32,000 nt of DNA, taken from Pseudidiomarina andamanensis (GTDB lineage: Bacteria > Pseudomonadota > Gammaproteobacteria > Enterobacterales > Alteromonadaceae). The position numbers and the translations under genes were made by a program. The stretch is from NCBI RefSeq assembly GCF_009734345.1, contig NZ_CP032551.1, forward strand, positions 2,280,001-2,312,000, in the 5' to 3' direction. Under the pieces are notes generated by a model. The model did no database searches. It saw nothing but the letters and a program-made list of their open reading frames with translations, and was not told where the DNA came from. Below, piece by piece: positions 8,607-15,308 of the stretch. Position 1 is the stretch's first letter; every line of letters begins with the position of its first letter.

Positions 8607-9896
8607 GCAACCAAATGGATCACGTTAATGCTGAGTTGGCTACTTGCGTCTTGTAGCTCCTCAGCGCTACCACCACCTCTACAACTCAGTGATGGCGTTT
8701 ATTGGTCAACCCACTACCAGAGCTATTTGGTTGTTGATGATGACATTGTCACGCGTTATCAATGGACGCCAAGTCAGTGCTGGTCAGCTGATGCAGGCTT
8801 ACTTCCACGGGTGTTTTCAAGCGCTCAAAATCCTGGTCAGCATACTTGGATTGGTGCTGGCGAACGTACATTAGTTCTTCAACGATTATCAGATGGCCTA
8901 CCGGTTATTTTTACTCGGGAACCTTTTCTGCCGCGCCATTGTACGAAGCCTCCTGAAAATACCGCTGTAAATGTTGTCATATCTGTTAGCGAAATACTTG
9001 CTCAGTTTCATCATGGTATCTCGCAAGCAGCACTAATACGTTGGCGTTCTGAAGCCGAGCTACTTGATAAGGCGGTTGAGATGCCAGTGCTCGATAAGAA
9101 ACTGGCGCTGTTTCAAATTGTAAGTGAAGTATTGGAGGATAGCAGCGACGAGCATGCTTTTATTCTGGCAAATGATATTCAGCGATACCACCGCGTCAGC
9201 GATTTTGCGGTAGGTGAATCGCAGCGTAAACAATCTCGTCAAAACCTGCTGAATCAACTACGACAAAGCCGGCTGACTCAGGGGTGTAACGAGGCATTGT
9301 GGTGGGGTCTGTTGACCACCGGTGAGTATTATCTCGGAGTCCAACGGTTGCATTTATATGGCACCGATGCCTCTTACAGCGAAGCGGGACAACGCTGTTT
9401 GCAACGCTCGTTGAGAGCTGTTGAGGAAGAATTAAAGCGAGTGATTCAAACTCGAGGTGAGAAACCTAAACTGCTTATTGATCTGCGCTTTAATGAGGGC
9501 GGTAGTTTGTTGTTAGCAAGTCAGTTGGCCAATAGTCTTGTGAGTCGAGAAGAGCCTTTGACAACCATTCGGCAGCAAGCAGTTTATGAGCAACGGTCGC
9601 CGAATTTAGAGGCGCTTCATCAGCAAGGTACGGTACTGGTGACAGAAGTGACGGCAAGCGCAGCTGAGCATCTCGCTCAAGCATTGCGGTTGCGTGGATT
9701 TTTATTGCGCGGCCAAAACACCCGTGGCGCATTCGCACCGACCACAGTGAAGAGTTTACCGAATGGCTGGGTGGTAGGGCTGTCGATGTATGCGCCCAAA
9801 GAGATGCTCGATGGGCGCGGTACAGTGTTACCGGAAGGCGTCGGGTTAACCCCCGACGAAACACTTTCCCCCGAAATCTTATTTCCGGCGAAGTAG
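8601..9896 (+). CDS. S41 (C-terminal processing/tail-specific) peptidase-like lipoprotein, possibly non-catalytic
   Basis: A TTG start with a lipobox (WLLASCSS). S41-type boxes are present: LLIDLRFNEGGSLLLA and VLVTEVTASAAEHLAQAL. The expected G-x-x-T-x-G-K-G box reads GQNTRGAF. Confidence 0.65.
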   Translation: MSATKWITLMLSWLLASCSSSALPPPLQLSDGVYWSTHYQSYLVVDDDIVTRYQWTPSQCWSADAGLLPRVFSSAQNPGQHTWIGAGERTLVLQRLSDGLPVIFTREPFLPRHCTKPPENTAVNVVISVSEILAQFHHGISQAALIRWRSEAELLDKAVEMPVLDKKLALFQIVSEVLEDSSDEHAFILANDIQRYHRVSDFAVGESQRKQSRQNLLNQLRQSRLTQGCNEALWWGLLTTGEYYLGVQRLHLYGTDASYSEAGQRCLQRSLRAVEEELKRVIQTRGEKPKLLIDLRFNEGGSLLLASQLANSLVSREEPLTTIRQQAVYEQRSPNLEALHQQGTVLVTEVTASAAEHLAQALRLRGFLLRGQNTRGAFAPTTVKSLPNGWVVGLSMYAPKEMLDGRGTVLPEGVGLTPDETLSPEILFPAK

Positions 9897-9930
9897 CCCG
9901 GCTTTACTTTGCAGTGGAACGCCGGGCTAC
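9893..9930. terminator. Perfect 10-bp hairpin at the convergent junction (possible bidirectional terminator)
   Basis: GTAGCCCGGC (9893-9902) pairs with GCCGGGCTAC (9921-9930) around an 18-nt loop. The hairpin covers the TAG of the + gene and the TAA and last codons of the - gene. There is no clear U-tract. Confidence 0.4.
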
Positions 9931-11727
9931 GCCCTCATCAATCCAGTTGCGGATTTCTTGTTCGAGGATGTCGAGCGGGATACTGCCGTTGCGCAGAACT
10001 ACGTGATGGAACTCACGCAGGTCAAAGTCGGCGCCGAGTGCGGTTTCAGCCTCGGTGCGCAATTGACGGATGAGCATTTCGCCAAGTTTGTACGACAGCG
10101 CCTGACCTGGCCAGGTGATGTAACGGTCAATTTCAGTCTTCACGTTATGTAGGCTTAGAGCTGTATTCGAAGCCATGAAGTCCATGGCTTCTTCACGGGT
10201 CCAACCCATAGCGTGCATGCCCGTATCAACTACCAAACGGGCGGCGCGCCACATTTCATAACTCAAACGACCAAAGTCACTGTATGGGTCTTGATAGAAG
10301 CCCATTTCTTTACCAAGCCACTCCGAATATAAGCCCCACCCTTCGCCAAAGGCAGAGATATAAGTATAGCGGCGGTAGTCTGGCAAGTTATCCATTTCGC
10401 GCGCTAATGCCCCTTGTAAATGGTGCCCCGGCACAGCCTCGTGCAAGGTTAGCGCCTCCAACTGATACAACGGACGACGGTCTAATGCGTAGGTATTTAC
10501 CCAGTAAAAACCAGCGCGGTCACTGCGATTGCTGCCAGCGTAGCGACCTGTGGTGTATTTCGGTGCAATTTCCGCAGGCACCGGCGCCACACCGTATGGC
10601 TGACGTGGTAGCAACTTAAAGAATTTCGGCAATTCACCGTCGGCTTTTTTGGCAATATATGAAGCTTCTTTCAACAATTCCTCGGCAGTCTTCGGATAAA
10701 ACTGCGGATCAGTACGCAAGAAATTCGTGAATTCTTCGAAGCTACCTTTAAAACCTGTTTTCTCGATCACCACCGCCATTTCATTACGAATTCGCTCAAC
10801 TTCGGCGAGGCCGCGCTGATGAATTTCTTCAGGCGATAAATCTAACGTGGTGTAATGCTTTATGCGGTTTTGATAATACTCACGACCGTTCGGTAGTTCA
10901 CTTGCACCGACGCTGTCGCGACTGTTTGGCAAGTATTCCATGACCATAAAATCGAAATAGTCTTGATAAGCAGGAAGCACTAACCCATCAATAACATTGG
11001 CTGCCTGTGTTTGTAACTGTTGCCACTGCTCAGCGGTGACAAATATTGGCTTATTTGTCTGAAACGGTTGGTAGAACAAACTCTCTTGTGGCGATTGAAC
11101 AATGTATGCAGCGATGCTTTCTTCAAAGCCCTGCATGGCCGCTTTGGGTTGCGTGTAGCCTTCGTTAAGCGCGGCTTTTAACCAATCGGTTTGTTGAGAC
11201 ATATAACGCGGAATAGATCGCAAGCGCTGTAAGTAATTTTGATAATCCTCAAAACTACGGAAACTGGCATTACGTACCATAAAACCTAGGTTGCTGTGAA
11301 ATCCGCCCTCGGCGTTGAGCGGCATGTAATGCTCTTTGTAAGCAAAGCCATCGATGTCATTCTTGAGGCCGTAAGTTAGCATACGGTGATTAATTTGGTT
11401 TTGTCGTGACAGCGCATTCACATCAACCTGCTCAAGTTGCGCTAACCATACGCTTTGCTCATCAGCGCGCTGCTTTAAGGCTTCAGCCGACATATCGGGT
11501 AACTCTTCACTCTGCCAGGGGTTCTGCGCTTGTAGCTTCTTATAAATGCCATCAGCTAGCGCTTGGTAGCGGCTGTCTGCACTCTCAACAACTTGTTTAG
11601 TACTGGTGTCAGGTTTTGCTTCTTGGGTCGCGGCACAACCACCTAATAATAGAGTCAGCGAGGTGGCTAAAACGGTGGTTTTAAACAGGTGCTTCCTGCG
11701 TAACGCAGCAGTGAATTCTGAACGCAT
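9904..11727 (-). CDS. DUF885-family secreted protein (metallopeptidase-like)
   Basis: The signal peptide has a lipobox-like LLGGCAA. The HEAVPGHHLQ motif and the length (about 600 aa) are typical of DUF885. Confidence 0.8.
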   Translation of the reverse strand: MRSEFTAALRRKHLFKTTVLATSLTLLLGGCAATQEAKPDTSTKQVVESADSRYQALADGIYKKLQAQNPWQSEELPDMSAEALKQRADEQSVWLAQLEQVDVNALSRQNQINHRMLTYGLKNDIDGFAYKEHYMPLNAEGGFHSNLGFMVRNASFRSFEDYQNYLQRLRSIPRYMSQQTDWLKAALNEGYTQPKAAMQGFEESIAAYIVQSPQESLFYQPFQTNKPIFVTAEQWQQLQTQAANVIDGLVLPAYQDYFDFMVMEYLPNSRDSVGASELPNGREYYQNRIKHYTTLDLSPEEIHQRGLAEVERIRNEMAVVIEKTGFKGSFEEFTNFLRTDPQFYPKTAEELLKEASYIAKKADGELPKFFKLLPRQPYGVAPVPAEIAPKYTTGRYAGSNRSDRAGFYWVNTYALDRRPLYQLEALTLHEAVPGHHLQGALAREMDNLPDYRRYTYISAFGEGWGLYSEWLGKEMGFYQDPYSDFGRLSYEMWRAARLVVDTGMHAMGWTREEAMDFMASNTALSLHNVKTEIDRYITWPGQALSYKLGEMLIRQLRTEAETALGADFDLREFHHVVLRNGSIPLDILEQEIRNWIDEGVARRSTAK

Positions 11728-11951
11728 GATATCTCCAGCAGTTGGCTCAATGAGTTATAACGTTTTAATATGACATGAATTTGCTAGACTTTTATATCAA
11801 CAAGCATCAACAAACGTGTCAATTTATGGTAAAAATCAATAATCGATTAAAGCCAATCTATGGCACAGCCAAACCTTTACCACAAGAGCATTGCGATTGA
11901 TGCGGCAGTTTCGGCGAGGAACCGCACCAAAGAGTGGCCACTGAGGAATCT

Positions 11952-12863
11952 ATGAACAACGCGCAAACGGGCATTTACGCAGAACCCAATTTACACGGCA
12001 TCACGCTCTTGTTGAATGTGATGACTGACGATGCCGACTATATGCGCCGCAAACTAGCGCGAGTTCCTAAGTTGATTGACGATCTTGATCTTCGCTTCTC
12101 TGAATCAATGCTGAATGGTTTTATTGCCGTGGGCAGCGATTACTGGGATGTGCTGTATCCCGATGTGCGACCGTTGCAATTAGCAAGTTTTCCAGATTTG
12201 AGCGACGGTGATCGACACACACCGCGTGAATCGGCTGACTTACTATTGTGTATTCGCTCCGATCGCTTTGATGTGAATTTTCAAGCTGCGCGTACATTAA
12301 TGGAATGGCTCGGTCACGATGTTGAGCTGGTAGAGCAGAGCAATACCTTCCGCTTTATGGATGGCCGCGATCTACTCGGTTTTATCGATGCGCCTGACAA
12401 CCCTCGTGGCATGCGTCGTCGCGAGGTTGCCGTTGTTTCTGACGATGCCATTTTCAAAGGTGGTAGCTATGTGTTTACCCAAAAATTCCGTTATGACTTA
12501 AGGCGCTGGGAGCAGTTAAGCACCGAAATTCAAGAGCATGTGATGGGGCGGAAGAAAGTAACCGGTGAGCGTATCAGTGAAGCGGTACTTAGCATGGTCA
12601 CGCATACTCAAAAAGCCCGTTTATTAGATGTTAATGAGCAGCCACTCGAATTATTGCGTCAGAATATGCCGTGGGGCGATCTTCGTGAACAAGGGCAGTT
12701 GGCGATGTATTTTTCAGGTAAGCCGCAACATGTGGTGCAGTGGCTCAAGAATCGCTACATTGCAGATGAGCAGGGCGATTATGATCCGTTGTTAGATTAC
12801 ATTGAGGCAACGGCAAACGCGGCCTATTTCGCCCCCTCAATTGAGTTCCTGAAAAATCGTTAA
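11952..12863 (+). CDS. Dyp-type peroxidase (YfeX-like)
   Basis: It resembles E. coli YfeX in the N-terminus (QTGIY vs QSGIL), in LLGFIDAPDNPRG vs LSGFVDGTENP, in REVAVV, GGSYVF and in the C-terminal YFAPS. I start at the ATG at 11952, which has a GAGGA Shine-Dalgarno. The TAA stop lies inside the first heptamer of element copy 4. Confidence 0.85.
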   Translation: MNNAQTGIYAEPNLHGITLLLNVMTDDADYMRRKLARVPKLIDDLDLRFSESMLNGFIAVGSDYWDVLYPDVRPLQLASFPDLSDGDRHTPRESADLLLCIRSDRFDVNFQAARTLMEWLGHDVELVEQSNTFRFMDGRDLLGFIDAPDNPRGMRRREVAVVSDDAIFKGGSYVFTQKFRYDLRRWEQLSTEIQEHVMGRKKVTGERISEAVLSMVTHTQKARLLDVNEQPLELLRQNMPWGDLREQGQLAMYFSGKPQHVVQWLKNRYIADEQGDYDPLLDYIEATANAAYFAPSIEFLKNR

Positions 12864-12995
12864 TCGTTATTCGTTATTCGTTATTCGTGCGTTCGTCTCG
12901 CTGTTGAAAATTGAGGCAAACTTGATCATTTTTTTGTGTGGTCGCTTTGGTTTTTCGCTTTTCGCTTTTCGCATTTTCGCATTTTCGAATAACGC
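12858..12995 (+). repeat. 7-mer-armed palindromic intergenic element, copy 4 (core forward, degenerate right arm)
   Basis: Left arm 12858-12887 is CGTTAAT CGTTATT x3 plus CG. The core GTTCGTCTCGCTGTTGA...TTTGGTTTTTCG closely resembles copy 7. An internal array of TTTTCGC x3 and ATTTTCGC x2 lies at about 12952-12987. The right arm is reduced to CGAATAACG. The element fills the whole convergent gap between the dyp and argR stops. Confidence 0.85.
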
Positions 12996-13469
12996 TCAAC
13001 GCTCTTGCTGTTGCTCAAAAAGTTTTTTGACGTTCTGAAGCGTAAAATCGATTTCTGAAACCTTCAACGGCGCAATAAAAATTGTGTCATCACCAGCAAT
13101 CGTTCCCAGAACACCTTCTTTTTTGCCGACTGAATCGAGTAAACGCGCAATAAGCTGCGCCGCTCCTGGCGTGGTGCGAATAATCACCATCACATCATTG
13201 TGCTGTATATCCAGAACAAGCTGGGTCAATGGAGCGCGGGTGCTTGGAATACCAAGTTCAGCAGGCAAACAATAGACCATTTCTTGGCGGGCATTACGCG
13301 TACGAACCGCACCGTATTTACTTAATAGGCGCGATACTTTTGATTGGCTAATGTTCGCAAAACCCTGTTCTTTTAAGGCATCGACAATGTCACCTTGAGA
13401 GCCGTAACGCTCTTCTTTCAATAGCGCTTTGAAGGCCTCAATCATGTCTTCGGTTTTTTTTGTTGGCAT
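12996..13469 (-). CDS. argR: Arginine repressor ArgR
   Basis: It shows high similarity to E. coli ArgR (FKALLKEE, QGFxNIxQSKVSR, [43 protein letters not shown]). It is divergent from mdh, as in enterics and vibrios. Confidence 0.95.
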   Translation of the reverse strand: MPTKKTEDMIEAFKALLKEERYGSQGDIVDALKEQGFANISQSKVSRLLSKYGAVRTRNARQEMVYCLPAELGIPSTRAPLTQLVLDIQHNDVMVIIRTTPGAAQLIARLLDSVGKKEGVLGTIAGDDTIFIAPLKVSEIDFTLQNVKKLFEQQQER

Positions 13470-13659
13470 GACTCTCGCTCAATCATTTGTTCAAAATAAT
13501 GGTCAAATTAATCGTCCATCATATACTTGCGCCTAATTTACGCAAGAGCTACGCAATGATTTCAGAGCGCCGACACAAGCGCCTTTGGTTGTAATTTCGG
13601 CGTAAAAGGAGTAGAGTTTTCGCCCTGAAATTTCCCCAAATAACTGGATGGAGTCTGAG

Positions 13660-14592
13660 ATGAAAGTTGCAGTTTTAGGTGCAGCTGGCGGTATCGGCCA
13701 AGCACTATCATTACTTTTGAAAACCCAATTACCGGTTGGTTCTGAGCTAGCGTTGTATGACGTAGCGCCTGTTGTTCCTGGTGTTGCTGTTGATCTCAGC
13801 CACATTCCAACCGCTGTTTCTGTAAAAGGCTACGGTAAAGACGATTTAGCTTCAGCATTAGTTGGTAGCGACATCGTATTGATTCCTGCAGGCGTGCCAC
13901 GTAAGCCAGGTATGGACCGTTCAGATCTGTTCAATATCAACGCAGGTATTGTTGCTAACTTGGTTGAAGCCATTGCTGACAACTGCCCGAATGCATGCAT
14001 TGGTATCATCACCAACCCAGTGAACACAACGGTCGCTATCGCGAAGAAAGTTCTTGAGAAAAAAGGCGTTTACAACAAGAACAAATTATTCGGCGTCACC
14101 ACGCTTGACGTGATTCGTGCAGAAACTTTTGTTGCTGAAGTACACGGTAAGAACCCTGCTGAAGTAACGGTTCCTGTAATCGGCGGTCACAGCGGCACAA
14201 CGATTTTGCCATTGTTGTCGCAAACTGGTTTGAGCTTCTCTGATGAACAGATCGAAGCATTGACCAAGCGTATTCAGAACGCTGGTACCGAAGTTGTTGA
14301 AGCAAAAGCTGGCGGCGGTTCTGCAACCTTGTCAATGGGTCAAGCAGCAGCGCGTTTCTGCTTATCGTTAGTGAAAGCATTGCAAGGCGACAACAGTGTT
14401 GTTGAGTGCACTTATGTTGAAACTGATGGTCAAGATGCATTGTTCTTCGCACACCCAGTTCGCCTAGGCGCGAACGGCGTTGAAGAAATTCTGCCATACG
14501 GTGAGCTAAGTGCGTACGAAGAAAAAGCGAAAGCTGACATGTTGGATGGTCTGAAAAACGACATTCAAATCGGCTTAGACTTCGTTAAATAA
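13660..14592 (+). CDS. mdh: Malate dehydrogenase (NAD)
   Basis: [25 protein letters not shown]..., [32 protein letters not shown] and GGHSG match E. coli Mdh closely. I start at the ATG at 13660, which has a GGAG Shine-Dalgarno, not at 13648. Confidence 0.96.
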   Translation: MKVAVLGAAGGIGQALSLLLKTQLPVGSELALYDVAPVVPGVAVDLSHIPTAVSVKGYGKDDLASALVGSDIVLIPAGVPRKPGMDRSDLFNINAGIVANLVEAIADNCPNACIGIITNPVNTTVAIAKKVLEKKGVYNKNKLFGVTTLDVIRAETFVAEVHGKNPAEVTVPVIGGHSGTTILPLLSQTGLSFSDEQIEALTKRIQNAGTEVVEAKAGGGSATLSMGQAAARFCLSLVKALQGDNSVVECTYVETDGQDALFFAHPVRLGANGVEEILPYGELSAYEEKAKADMLDGLKNDIQIGLDFVK

Positions 14593-14602
14593 GCAAACTA
14601 CA

Positions 14603-15160
14603 ATGCCAAAGCAGAGCGTCTTACCACCCATAGTGATAAGCGTTCTGCTTTTTTGTTTCTTCTACTTCCTCACTCCTTGGCACGACCACCTTCTTATGCG
14701 CTACCCGCGAGTAATTGATGGCGCATGGTGGCAACTCATTACTAGTCAGTTGATGCATCACGATGCACCGCACCTCTGGTTCAATATTGCCGGTATATGG
14801 ATTGCTTGGTTGTTGTTTCCTGAACAATTAAAAACGCCAAACGATTGGTTGATGGTTGTTCCTATCCTATTGGCGAGTAGTGCATTCGAACTTTTAGGCG
14901 CGCCGACTTACGAAGTCTATGCAGGTTTTTCAGGCGCACTTTATGGTGTGTTTGCATACGCAGCCTTGCAAGATGCATTAAAGAAACATTGGATTGGTGG
15001 CATAGTATTCGTCGGATTAATAATCAAAATAATTCTCGATTTAGACCAACCTGAGCATGGAGATGTTGTCGCAGTTTACGCACACATAGGTGGCGCGGTT
15101 GCTGGCATTGTTGCGGTATTTTTAACCCAAAAACCCTTCATTAATCAGCCCGAAAAATAA
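14603..15160 (+). CDS. Rhomboid-family intramembrane serine protease, short form (probable rhombosortase)
   Basis: All three rhomboid boxes are present: WWQLITSQLMHHDAPHLWFN (H..H...N), GFSGALYG (catalytic Ser) and AHIGGAVAG (catalytic His). The 185-aa all-membrane size fits the rhombosortase subfamily. The gene begins 10 nt after the mdh stop. Confidence 0.75.
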   Translation: MPKQSVLPPIVISVLLFCFFYFLTPWHDHLLMRYPRVIDGAWWQLITSQLMHHDAPHLWFNIAGIWIAWLLFPEQLKTPNDWLMVVPILLASSAFELLGAPTYEVYAGFSGALYGVFAYAALQDALKKHWIGGIVFVGLIIKIILDLDQPEHGDVVAVYAHIGGAVAGIVAVFLTQKPFINQPEK

Positions 15161-15237
15161 CTAATGTTATAGTTCGTGGCGAAATTGATCAAAAATCCTC
15201 CTTGTATTATTTGAACAATTGGCGATATTTAATACAG

Positions 15238-15259
15238 TGCATAGTACTTTAGTGCTATG
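15238..15259. promoter_or_regulatory. Palindrome or hairpin in the TonB-dependent receptor leader
   Basis: GCATAGTAC-TTTA-GTGCTATGC forms a 9-bp stem with one T/G position. It lies about 50 nt upstream of the ATG at 15309. It may be an operator or a 5' UTR hairpin; its function is unknown. Confidence 0.25.
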
Positions 15260-15308
15260 CGCATTCGCACAACAACACAAAACAACAAGAATAATCGGGG
15301 AGAAATTT

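Noticed and set aside
13470-13659. ARG boxes in the argR-mdh divergent region
   Set aside because: I looked for TGAAT-N4-ATTCA-type 18-mers. The best candidate, around TTGTTCAAAATAATGG, matches the consensus poorly, so no call is made.
15161-15308. Fur box or cobalamin riboswitch upstream of the TonB-dependent receptor
   Set aside because: There is no good match to GATAATGATAATCATTATC; only a GAATAATCG fragment is present. The leader is too short and lacks a B12-box-like motif.
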